Part shown: piece after piece, positions 40,701-48,702 of the stretch
Numbering within the stretch: the first letter of the stretch is position 1
Layout of the letters: each line of letters starts with the position of its first letter
Assembly (NCBI GenBank): GCA_027923505.1
Contig: BROI01000005.1
Span: forward strand, 310,001 to 374,000
Length of the DNA stretch: 64,000 nt
DNA from: Mayamaea pseudoterrestris
Lineage: Eukaryota
Reading direction: 5' to 3'
The notes under the pieces: generated by a model
What the model was told of the DNA's origin: nothing
What the model saw: only the letters and a program-made list of their open reading frames with translations
The model's database searches: none
Translations under genes and position numbers: made by a program

Positions 40701-42104
40701 TCGAATGCTTACGGCTGGTCGGACTCGATTTCATCTCTAAACTCTCAAGTAAAAGTCCGCGCCGACGCCAATCGAGCATGGAACGAGAGCGAGGCGATTG
40801 AATTTGTATCTGCATTGGAAGGCGTAGCACTGCAGGCGCTGGAGCAGACGGAATTCATCGAAGAGCCGCTAAAAGTAGTAACAATCAGAAAGGACAATTC
40901 ATTATCTTGGATTGAAGCACATGTCGAAACCCTTGAACGCTGGTTTAGACATACTGGAATGCGCTACGCTTTAGATGAAACAATTGCAGATTTGATGAAG
41001 CTTGAAGATTTAAATGTTACTCGGGTTGAAGCCGTTTTGGCGGGCGTGTTTGCGGAAGGACCGAGGGGGTGTGCTGCGTTTGTTCTCAAACCAACTGTGC
41101 TCGGAATAGAAGCATCAATGAGTATTGCAAGACTCGCCAGGTCCAAGCTCGGAATTGCTGCCGTTTTTTCGTCATCGTTTGAGTCGGGAGTCGGCTTGAC
41201 GATTACATCTCTACTGGCGTCGAGTTCTGATCAAATACATTCCGCCGCACCACAATATGCTCATGGGCTAGGAACTTTTACGCTCTTGTCGGCTGATACC
41301 ATGAGCCCCCCATTCTCTTCCTACGTGAATGCAGAAGGAATGCTTAATGTTCCGTCATTGTCAAGGGCCATATATGGACTATGCTTGGAGGACTTATGCG
41401 TGTCTCGCGCAGGCGAACCTCCTGTTGCTTCTCATGCTTCCCCGTTAGTAGACACAAACAGCGGCACGATGAAAGTTGTGGACTATAAAGCATCAACTTC
41501 AAGTAGCGGGCGGGGAGGTCAAATCAGTGTTGTCGTATCGCTGCCACTTCCGTTCTCAGCACAAATTGCAGCTGCTCGCTTTACAGACCTTCCTCAGCAG
41601 TCTCGATGGTCCCCATGGATATCAAGCGTGGCGTACCAAGGCGACGAGACCAAGTGGTCGCTAAATGTAAAGGGCATCCCACTAACCTGGAGGGCCAAGA
41701 GTCAAATTCTTCTCGATCCTCCGGGAATAGAATGGGAGAGTGTCTCTGGTTTAAGTAACCGAGGCAAGGTGGAGTTTCTTCCAGCTACATCGAAAACTGA
41801 GTGTACTATGAAGGTACAAATGACGCTCCTTACGCCACGTTTGCTCCGACCACTGTTTAAAGGCACATCGTTGTTCCTCGAAGACTTTCTACGCGACAAG
41901 CTCCTCAAGTGGTCCCTTGAGATGTTCCGGGACGTTGTTAAGGCCGACTTGGCATTGGAACGAGGTGATGTTGAGCTTGGCGACGCTTTATATTCGGCCG
42001 TCGAGGGCAAGGCAAGCGCCATTGAGGCGACGCTAGATAGCGAGGGTGTGCGATCACTTGGTGTTGTTGAGAGCGGAAATGATGACAGTATAGAGAGTGG
42101 ATAA
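34752..42104 (+). CDS. PHYLLO: PHYLLO-type phylloquinone biosynthesis fusion: MenF-MenD-MenH-MenC plus C-terminal START/polyketide-cyclase-like domain; plastid-targeted
   Basis: Presequence ...WQLLASA-FGW. MenF: TPERLF, EALAGT, LHPTPAVCG, DRGYYSGPVG. MenD: PGSRSTPL, DERAAGF, NRGASGIDG, GDLATLHD, NNNGGGIF. MenH: LHGFLG, DLPGHG, GYSLGG, AGHA. MenC: KVKVG, RADAN, FIEEP, ALDE, VLKP. Tail: SRWSPWISSV...IEWESVSGLSNRGKVEF. Confidence 0.93.
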   Translation: MTIKRLTCSHIRIPCKFLALLLCWQLLASAFGWTGRTGGRGFRLPINIQNAFQLPSKFQANIAHLTLHASLINGELTDDWVGEQQTQRDENVRRGPSHSQQHCRRATLSPFQVIDPLLAAPYNETTPITLYQALNVMRDACRVIASNKGDDLNLHRNWKRLLPFDMKNDDFATANNATTIIRLQLPISHPVDPLAWLHAQSAHRPNAFSKAASFYLHTQQQQSTAALELQDDDPKHPSSLESHRGYEIASLFSAISYKSTTAALQAVQFALPPQSRLYGGARFDANNNTTISSSNEWKNFGQALWMLPGVEMRVDKDNEEYPTLAIHIVVNHDKYNIAMPASLKAVAAQASSWLSFVSDAHSHASPCTTLPPIISRESNYHTRTTTTTHHDDTNSHTAVIDGQELFERGLEQALGEINESSCEITEGDAQSDQSQPVDEQSFNQTLTKVVLARRQTLHFATLRNEHDWTGLQVVRRWKYGGHEGGHLFYMRVEGGEEFFGCTPERLFRVSSTGENNVSSRKAWVHSEALAGTRPRGSSPEADEELLQELMSSPKDQTENRLTGLYIQERFKELEGLGYINEQERSNEKTFFVRRLLHLQHICQRFSAQIRNADDAFDVTRYLLQALHPTPAVCGVPVDKAIEFIRQYETVGFDRGYYSGPVGYIGINAADVLVAIRSGLASRNHDNGALNIHVYAGVGLVSGSTLAGEWAETNSKLAVLSSMFPQSPLTLKGATNANLAWSTAFVEELVRNGITQFYICPGSRSTPLVVAIARAVRANVGVVNAVSVHDERAAGFRAIGYARGCGRPAAVLTSSGTAVANLYPAIVEAGVDGVPMVVLTADRPYESRNTGANQAIDQVKMFSPTYVRWYRDVLPPDDNVPVNVALSDAAHAVSFAKNSLGPVHVNIQFRENLAPDAGPIRNDNRGGAISEYNGKHFTDVAGFVRWSTKGDCWTKTFAAKTISEETINEMTRLILESKRGIIVVGNIREEASGDRQLQVVDLISTFAQSIGFPILAGAQSAALRFRSPAVVPFAEHLLKCPEVAENLKPDLIIQLGSPLVSTGIPALIESTMRRSDQAVHHILIHPATAGERADPGFTITHNIHSGIEPFLKGILVRMNEKEGNGNGPTIGSELSSLVLLGRKLQGVMKSIINDASATIAERISDDFLSEPEIVVALAESMSSQSSEERSLFVSNSMPIRDCEFFFYPFHECTAGPYKVGSNRGASGIDGIISSAHGFAESGKRPTTLLIGDLATLHDLTSLHALSNEHASQGPTGKSRHPLTIVIVNNNGGGIFSFLPIAKHGADASFTEYFGTPTKSFSFQQGTNAFGLSFTTSNTINSFKEVYLQATRSCHHCVIEAVVAAHEVNVAVHQEITKSVMSFVRDFLQVRPMPNLIKQRLPVKSYGSFVKGHKAFIEPRKTLVLLHGFLGDKAEWDETASLLSHQLSASWNILAIDLPGHGLAPLIGCSDRQMIQSALNLLVENEAPFSIESMAATVLNSLSTHHGVKQVHAIAGYSLGGRIALAMKQMCDSPLRDVKIPILLRPNAKLIILGAYPGDLNSKLPVRHTWSGSELQRVQADEALANRIISIGNSAILKSAGCGGNVQSKWSSWLSDWYSAPIWGEINQRERYADMINKRCATLNVRGRDCAAILYNCSPPKTNQHYWKSCSGPNTLFLAGSLDTKYSEVGRALETKTGIMFRNVENAGHALLVENTSQVSEHLVTFLSVESVDDVPSNLHKIMTNESVEVLLLEPGERQDSQDEEPPATLSWDANAQVGKPNHLHASIQFITFEQTSIQLVNGISEVSGIGWGNAARITESTTSNRDGLLVQIAANDVEVGVGEICPLNGLHDESFDEARDQIERIRDALEHDTAPGPTFYAPAVVAMEGALREFLIRFADFVGIKKLHASVYSGLEMALLSLAARIIGSPLHQLLPGTGRHQKGVLLPINGITTRGSERFQAQTFPSMKVKVGHQSLADDLQVMSNAYGWSDSISSLNSQVKVRADANRAWNESEAIEFVSALEGVALQALEQTEFIEEPLKVVTIRKDNSLSWIEAHVETLERWFRHTGMRYALDETIADLMKLEDLNVTRVEAVLAGVFAEGPRGCAAFVLKPTVLGIEASMSIARLARSKLGIAAVFSSSFESGVGLTITSLLASSSDQIHSAAPQYAHGLGTFTLLSADTMSPPFSSYVNAEGMLNVPSLSRAIYGLCLEDLCVSRAGEPPVASHASPLVDTNSGTMKVVDYKASTSSSGRGGQISVVVSLPLPFSAQIAAARFTDLPQQSRWSPWISSVAYQGDETKWSLNVKGIPLTWRAKSQILLDPPGIEWESVSGLSNRGKVEFLPATSKTECTMKVQMTLLTPRLLRPLFKGTSLFLEDFLRDKLLKWSLEMFRDVVKADLALERGDVELGDALYSAVEGKASAIEATLDSEGVRSLGVVESGNDDSIESG

Positions 42105-42253
42105 CCATTATATCACAAATTTTGTCGTCTAGAGTAACTCTTCACAGCGTCACCGCGGTGGCAGCTTCTTGTGGAGACCACTTCCGTAGGTAGTAAAATG
42201 TAACAGCAGAACTTCCATTTGTATAACAAATTTATTGGCATTTTCTGAGATCA

Positions 42254-42325
42254 AGCACCGTGGCGCAGAGGAAGCGTGTTGGGCTCATAACCCAAAGGTC
42301 GAAGGATCGAAACCTTCCGGTGCTA
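42254..42325 (+). tRNA. Initiator tRNA-Met (CAT)
   Basis: 72 nt. Acceptor stem AGCACCG/CGGTGCT with A1:U72; anticodon arm TTGGG-CTCATAA-CCCAA with three consecutive G-C pairs; T-arm GAAGG-ATCGAAA-CCTTC with A54/A60 as in eukaryotic initiators. Confidence 0.97.
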
Positions 42326-42328
42326 CTG

Positions 42329-42332
42329 TTTT
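42329..42332 (+). terminator. Probable Pol III oligo-T terminator of tRNA-iMet
   Basis: TTTT begins 4 nt after the discriminator base. Confidence 0.6.
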
Positions 42333-42786
42333 GTCTCCAGTGATCACTTCATGACGCAGCAAAGCTATTAACATACATCATTATATTTTTGTTCATTCAA
42401 CTACAATACTTTGGTGTATTACATCTTTTAAGCCAACGAGAGTTGTGGTTTGGGCTGTCATGAATCAGAGCTACTACTTGTATATAGTAGTACACACAGG
42501 TAGTATCTGTGAGGTCATTGGCGACGTTCTGGGGGTGATGCAATGCATCGTAAGTTCCTGGGTCGTGCGAATATTCTTGTTAAGTAAACATCCGAACCAA
42601 TAGTACATTGTCCTTCATAGTGCAAGTGAAAGGTATCCGGTCATTGGATCATAATGCCTGCGCGCGCCCTTGACACATGGTGAGGTTTCAACCACGTCCA
42701 CTTCTTCCTGGACTTTGTTTTCGTCTTCATTATTTTGGTCGGCACGAGCCTATTGAAGCATATATACCAGAGATTCAATATTCAAC

Positions 42787-43905
42787 ATGAAGTCTGTCTT
42801 GCTTGCTAGTCTCACTGCCGCCATTCTGGGCGCTATTGCATTATATGCTGCTTCTTCCAGTTCAAATGAGCAGCCGGCTTTCTGGACGTCGCTACGAAGG
42901 AACTTGCAGAATCATGAGGCCACGTCTTCTCGTCGGACAGTCGGCATGGAGTCCTTTTTCAACCGGCTCCCCACCACAAGTCCACCAGCCCCTACAACAC
43001 CAGCGCCAGTCCTTACGCCTACGTCGAGCGCACCCCTTCCAGCTCCAGTGACAAACGCACCGGTCGCAGCGCCAGTAACGAACGCTCCCGTTGCAGCAGC
43101 TCCTACTACAGACGCCCCAGTGACAGCTCCAGTCGCCCAAGCCCCAACGACTGCGCCTGTATTGTTGCCTCCAACCCCAAGCCTACCGCTCCGATACGTC
43201 GCCAGCAACGGCAACCCTTCCAGCGCGTTTCCACTCGCCCAATGCCAAGGCGACTGCAGCTCCGACTACGACTGCATGCCCGGTTTGGTTTGCTTCCAAC
43301 GCACGTTTACGTCTGCCGTTCCTGGTTGCACCGGCACGCCCCAATCCAACATTGACTACTGCATTGATCCAGCTGACCGTTTGACTCCTGCCGAAATTAC
43401 CGGCGAACCAACGGAAGGCTTTGGCCTCAAGCTCTACTGGGAGGAGGGATACTTTTGGCAGGGAGAAACCTTTGACCGCAAGTGGTGCATGAAGTGTGAC
43501 GACGTCAAACCGGAATGCTTCGCCGGCCAAAGCGTCTTTTCGACCGAGTGCGTGACGAATGTCACCGCCTGGGAATATACGCCGTGGCAGTTTGTCTACC
43601 TGCCAAGTGGAGCCTTTTACATGAAGATTCTTCCTTCCGACTTGTGTTTGACACTTGGAAATGTGACGGACATTCGCAGTACACTCTCAGTGCAAGAGTG
43701 CAGTCCGTATGATGACAGGCAGCTCTTTTTTGCCCAGAATGGGCAGGCAGTTCGGGGAGACAAGTTTGAAATACATCCAGCCCTCTATCAGGACAAGTGT
43801 TTGGACATCGTACATGAACCCAAGTTTGGTGAACGGGTGTTTGCATGGCCATGTGAGTATCCAAGGGCTTGGAAAACATCACTCTGGAACTTTTACTACG
43901 AATGA
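42787..43905 (+). CDS. Frustulin-like cell-wall glycoprotein (one acidic Cys-rich domain plus Trp-rich/ricin-like C-terminal domain)
   Basis: Signal peptide, RRNL motif, (V/T)APVT Pro/Thr linker, frustulin motif CQGDCSSDYDCMPGLVCFQR...VPGC...DYC, then LKLYWEEGYFWQ...KWCMKC. Confidence 0.88.
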   Translation: MKSVLLASLTAAILGAIALYAASSSSNEQPAFWTSLRRNLQNHEATSSRRTVGMESFFNRLPTTSPPAPTTPAPVLTPTSSAPLPAPVTNAPVAAPVTNAPVAAAPTTDAPVTAPVAQAPTTAPVLLPPTPSLPLRYVASNGNPSSAFPLAQCQGDCSSDYDCMPGLVCFQRTFTSAVPGCTGTPQSNIDYCIDPADRLTPAEITGEPTEGFGLKLYWEEGYFWQGETFDRKWCMKCDDVKPECFAGQSVFSTECVTNVTAWEYTPWQFVYLPSGAFYMKILPSDLCLTLGNVTDIRSTLSVQECSPYDDRQLFFAQNGQAVRGDKFEIHPALYQDKCLDIVHEPKFGERVFAWPCEYPRAWKTSLWNFYYE

Positions 43906-44450
43906 GGAACGCATGGGGAAAGCAATGGACATTAGAAATGCGCTAGTAAACACTTTACTGTTAGCACACAGGTAGAATGAATAGAACTTGATCTTCTACT
44001 AGTACTAGCATTTGAAGTTGTAGGAGCATAGTGTTTCGAGTGACTGCTGCGGGTAATCGTAATTGGACTTGCTTCCTGCATCGCTCTGCTTTAAATCGAA
44101 TAAACAAATGGTTCGACGGACTTGTCTACTCTTCACTCCACATGGTACATTGATGTCTCCATACCAGGATACATGGCTACCAGAAAAAATCAAATATTTG
44201 CAAGGTTGTCAAACTCTGTTTGCAAAATTCCTGATCCCTTTCCTTGGTTGCCATTTGCTCATTGAATGAAGCACACATTTAACTAACAACTCATAGAGCC
44301 AACTACAATATTGCAGTATCATACAAATAAGATGAACAGTGAAAGCATGTGCTACCTATACTACATATTTGTCATGCCATGTTCAGCGTCACGACATGCC
44401 ATGCGAGGTTCCCGCATCGTCACCATGCCACGCTACTCCTCGCATATCTA

Positions 44451-45608
44451 TCACGCAGCCTCCTTGACGGCAGCATTCTTGTCAAAGTCGGGTATTTCGC
44501 CCACTCTAATCTTGCTAAACATGCTCGTATATGGATCATACTCTTGTCCTTCGACGGCGATGCGATTAAAGTGCTCCTGCAAGGTAATGGTTCCATACTT
44601 TTCGGACGGATCCGTCGTAAGCATGTCCTCCACGGCGTAGTACTTGCCAATGCGACCCGTCTCGGCGGCGTCCTCCAATGCTTCACTCTTGGTAACATTC
44701 GCCAGAAATTGGAGCGTATTGATGATTGCGTCAAAGAGCCATAGCGGCGCGTTGAAATACTTGGGTTCCATGTTGAGTGCCTTGAACAGCATTGCTCCCT
44801 GCTTGCGCATGGTCAGTGGCTCATCCGGTCCACCAAGGTTAATGATTCGATTGTGTCGAGACGTATCTTCATACGTATCCAGCAAGTAGCAGGCCAAGTC
44901 AGACTCGGCAATGGGATTGCACCGAGTAACTTGTCCATCCCCAAACATGACGTAGGGCGATCCCTTTTGTACTACTTCCAGCTGTCCGGAAACGGATTTG
45001 AAAAAGGCAGTTGGTCGCACAATGCTGTAAGTCATGTCTGTTTGCGCCTGTAGCTGTTCCTCAAACTTTAGTTTGGCTTGCTGAAACTGCAGCCAAGGAT
45101 TCTTGACGCAAAAGGCCGAGAGAAGGACAAAGTGCTTGGCTTGATTGGCTCGCCCAGCATTCAAGCAATTGAGCGTCGCTTGGTAGTCTATAAGGTAGGC
45201 ATCCTTTTTGACACCGGATCGACTGGCGAGGCAGCTGACCATGACGTCAATTGGTTTGCCACTGGAGCAGCCTTTGACAATCTCGTTCAACTGTTCTTCA
45301 TTGGTCACGTCACACGCTAGAACCTGGGCACCTTCCAATTCTGCGAACCGCGCCGCGGCCTTGGGATCACGCACCAGAGCAATCGTGTTCCACCCCCTTC
45401 GAACAGATTCTCTTACAACGGCTCTGCCAATGTACCCAGTTGCGCCGGCAATGACTGCCGTCTTGGTGTTTGCATCGGTTGACGATGTAGCTGCTGCTGC
45501 CGATGAAAGTGCGTTGAATGAGCGTCCTGAAAATGCAGTCGGACGAAAGGCAGACACAGAAGCAACTAGCAGTAACAAATAAGTCTGCAGGTAGCTCGTC
45601 ACTTTCAT
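44451..45608 (-). CDS. DVR: Divinyl chlorophyllide a 8-vinyl reductase (NADPH, BciA type), plastid-targeted
   Basis: Presequence ...[55 protein letters not shown] and [12 protein letters not shown]. Confidence 0.93.
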   Translation of the reverse strand: MKVTSYLQTYLLLLVASVSAFRPTAFSGRSFNALSSAAAATSSTDANTKTAVIAGATGYIGRAVVRESVRRGWNTIALVRDPKAAARFAELEGAQVLACDVTNEEQLNEIVKGCSSGKPIDVMVSCLASRSGVKKDAYLIDYQATLNCLNAGRANQAKHFVLLSAFCVKNPWLQFQQAKLKFEEQLQAQTDMTYSIVRPTAFFKSVSGQLEVVQKGSPYVMFGDGQVTRCNPIAESDLACYLLDTYEDTSRHNRIINLGGPDEPLTMRKQGAMLFKALNMEPKYFNAPLWLFDAIINTLQFLANVTKSEALEDAAETGRIGKYYAVEDMLTTDPSEKYGTITLQEHFNRIAVEGQEYDPYTSMFSKIRVGEIPDFDKNAAVKEAA

Positions 45609-46003
45609 GGTTATTGGATTGAGTTGTTGTGGATATATCAGTGGAGGAGGGGGAGGATCGGTTTGGATTCGAAAATTCAAAGAGGAAAAGGTCGCGCAAG
45701 TTGAACTTTCGCTTGGATCGCTCTGTCGCAACGGTTTTGACTCCAGAAAAGCTTTCAATCCCGCTTTGTGAATTCGAAACTGCGCACCCACAACATCAAA
45801 GCAGCCATTGGTGATCGGTCGGTCAAATCAGCCAGCCGATTTTCACAGTAGAAAACTTGATGTATTTTTCCGAGTACGAGTGAACTGCAGCTACTTTGTT
45901 AACATAATTATCTTGGTTGTAGACAGGCACAGGAGCTAACGGCACACCCATACGATTGCAAGGTAGTGCTTCCACTCTGCTTCGACGACTGCCATCATTC
46001 GAC

Positions 46004-47851
46004 ATGTCCTCCGAAGTTCCTGCACATTACGAAAGCAATGCCAGGTCAAGGCACAACAGCAGCAGCAAGTCCAAACAGCAACTACAATCACCTTATTCGC
46101 TTCCATCAACGACATCTTCCTCGTCATTGCCATCCTCAAGCAGCAGCTGGTGCTGCTACGCCATGATTTTTTCGCACCTATTTGTCATCTCCAGTTTCTT
46201 TGTCATTGGAACGCTGTATGGAAAATCCACTTGGAATTTCAACGCGAGCAGCAATGATGCAATCAATGACTGTCCATTGGACGGTGAGGAATTGACGCGC
46301 AAGGCTCCCATGACGGACTATTACTATGAAGATAATCTACAAAATCAACCAACAATCGCCATTCCACCCGAAATTGACGGATATATTGCCGGCATGGCAC
46401 GAGTCTCACGTCTCGACTTGCTCCAAAAGATTGATACGGGTTTTCCGCTGGAAGCAAGCTCTGATGGTAACCGAGAGATTGTCATTTTATATGATCATGT
46501 TCGCTCCTTGCCGTTTGGACAAAGTGCCAAGCAGTTCACATACTATCGAGATTCGTTACAAGCCTTGCAGAATTGTCGACAGCTGCGCATCGTCAGCATG
46601 GATCCAAACGTGGAAAACAGTAACAAGACTTGCCTCGCCTTGCATGGACATTCGACCGAGCCACACCCACTCGTCAACACGTGGAAGCAGCAATTGCAAC
46701 CGCCGCAAAGGAACGGCAAGCAACAAACACTACAGTATGTAGTGGAGCCAAAATTGTCGCTACCGCCAAAGCCAGTGACTGTGGCAGCCGCGCAACAAGC
46801 ATTGATGGAGTACTTGGACTGGTACCCCGGCCAGTTGAACGAACTAAAATCAGTACTTGGACCCATTGCCAAGCGTCACGACAAACTAATCGTCGTCATG
46901 GTTGTGACTGCCGGACACTTGCCGCTGTTGATGAATTATCTGTGCGCCTGCCGCAAGGCTAAGGTGGATACGAGTGGCATCGTCGTGTTTGCAACTGATG
47001 CGGCCACGTATGAGCATCTGAAGAACGTTGGTTCCATCACAACGTTCAACTTTGGTCCGCTATTTGCGCCAGCAACCACCACCAAGTCGACTTTATCTGC
47101 AACGTTGACGCTCCCGGACGACGCAGAATATGGAACATTGGACTACGGTCGCATCATGATGAGCAAAATTTATGCTGTCCATTTGGTAAACCTATGTGGA
47201 CACGACGTGCTGTTTCAAGACGTGGACATTGTCCCCCACAAAGCCGACTACATTGACTACTTTGTCAACACTGTTGCCAAGCGAAGGTATCCAGGCTTTG
47301 ACGTATACATGCAGTATGACCATGCGGCGCACCTTGCCCAATACGCTCCCTATGGAGGCAACTCGGGCTTTTACTTCTTGAAGCACAATGCCAAGACTAT
47401 ATACTTAATGTCGCGACTGTTGCGCTCCGGTGATTTGGTGCTCAAGACGCGCTCTCACCAAGCCACAATGAGCATGGTTCTGAGCGACGTTTCCTCGCAG
47501 TACAATCTTCGCGTCAAGGTTTTGTCAAGCGAATCCCAAAAGTTTCCAGTTGGCTACCATTTTCATCATGACTGGAACTACATGCGCGACATGATGATCG
47601 GACGTGTCCAGCCATACTTGCTACACATGAATTGGAACCATGACAAAGTCATAAAGCAACAGTTTTTGGAGCAAATGAACATGTGGTTTGTCAATAATGA
47701 ATGCCTCACATCCGACGCTCAAACGCAGCATTCGTTACTGGATTGTTGCATTGCCGAACCTGTTCCCGTCTGCCACTACAGCGACAAGCCAAGCGTTTTG
47801 CGTGAGTGCAAATCGTTTCCGCCCATTGAGACAAACGTTTCATTTTGGTGA
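46004..47851 (+). CDS. Type II membrane nucleotide-diphospho-sugar transferase (GT77-like)
   Basis: Single N-terminal transmembrane segment (AMIFSHLFVISSFFVIGTLY), DVLFQDVD (DxD), NSGFYF, SHQ and HMNW; ATG at 46004. Confidence 0.85.
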   Translation: MSSEVPAHYESNARSRHNSSSKSKQQLQSPYSLPSTTSSSSLPSSSSSWCCYAMIFSHLFVISSFFVIGTLYGKSTWNFNASSNDAINDCPLDGEELTRKAPMTDYYYEDNLQNQPTIAIPPEIDGYIAGMARVSRLDLLQKIDTGFPLEASSDGNREIVILYDHVRSLPFGQSAKQFTYYRDSLQALQNCRQLRIVSMDPNVENSNKTCLALHGHSTEPHPLVNTWKQQLQPPQRNGKQQTLQYVVEPKLSLPPKPVTVAAAQQALMEYLDWYPGQLNELKSVLGPIAKRHDKLIVVMVVTAGHLPLLMNYLCACRKAKVDTSGIVVFATDAATYEHLKNVGSITTFNFGPLFAPATTTKSTLSATLTLPDDAEYGTLDYGRIMMSKIYAVHLVNLCGHDVLFQDVDIVPHKADYIDYFVNTVAKRRYPGFDVYMQYDHAAHLAQYAPYGGNSGFYFLKHNAKTIYLMSRLLRSGDLVLKTRSHQATMSMVLSDVSSQYNLRVKVLSSESQKFPVGYHFHHDWNYMRDMMIGRVQPYLLHMNWNHDKVIKQQFLEQMNMWFVNNECLTSDAQTQHSLLDCCIAEPVPVCHYSDKPSVLRECKSFPPIETNVSFW

Positions 47852-48702
47852 CGCGTCACTGGAAGCAGTAGAGTCAGGCCAATGTTGTTGGTCACCCGAA
47901 CCAGCGTCAGTTTACCAATCCATTAACTGGAGAGCTATGTCTATACGCTTGGTTTCGACCTCATCAATGCTTACAGCATGCTAAGCGAATATTCCAGCCG
48001 TGCCGCGTATATGCAAGATTGAAGTCCATTCTCTTACGGCTATTACGGATCGCAGTAGCAGTCACAAGTGCCATTACCGCAGTTTCAAGAACTGTCTCTT
48101 CAGCTGCAGCCAGAGTCACAACAGGGAGTCGTGCTGACAATACCACTCCCGCTCATGCTTTTCGACCGCCTTAATTGTAATCAAAGTTTACCTCAACTTT
48201 GATGCCAAAGACGGTACTGCTTCGCAGTTCGAAACAAAACTTACAGAGCATGTTCTTGCCAGTAAAGGGATTTTCAGAAAGCTTCATGTTGTAGTGGCAG
48301 CGCGATGCCTTTAGCATTGTTGATAGCCCAGTTTATGCCTGCGCCACACTCATTTGAGTCCAATATACCACTGATGCACACCCAATGCACTGAATTCTGG
48401 GTATTTTCTCTGACTTTTGCTGAGAGAACGGTGTAGTGTCGAAGCCGCAAGGCTCTCAGTTGGGTCATTACCGCATCTGTCTATCGAATCTACGACATCT
48501 ACGGTTAATGACAAGCATAAAGCTAACGGAGTTTGAAATATATAGTAACTGTATAGCGTATCAAGCATTGTAAGGAAAATAATTAACGTTGTTGCCTTGT
48601 TTTAGTTTCATGAACTTCGCGATAACTGCTCCAAGTATAACCCAAACGGAACACGAAAATAAAGCAACCGTAGCTTCGCGAAATGAAATTAGCATACCAA
48701 TC

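Noticed and set aside
42498..42512. GTAGTATCTGT resembling the U2 snRNA branch-recognition sequence
   Set aside because: No U2 5' stem, Sm site or other conserved flanks; a short chance match.
34752..45608. Photosynthetic cofactor gene cluster (PHYLLO + DVR)
   Set aside because: Only two genes, separated by a tRNA and a frustulin; plastid-targeted genes are common enough for chance proximity.
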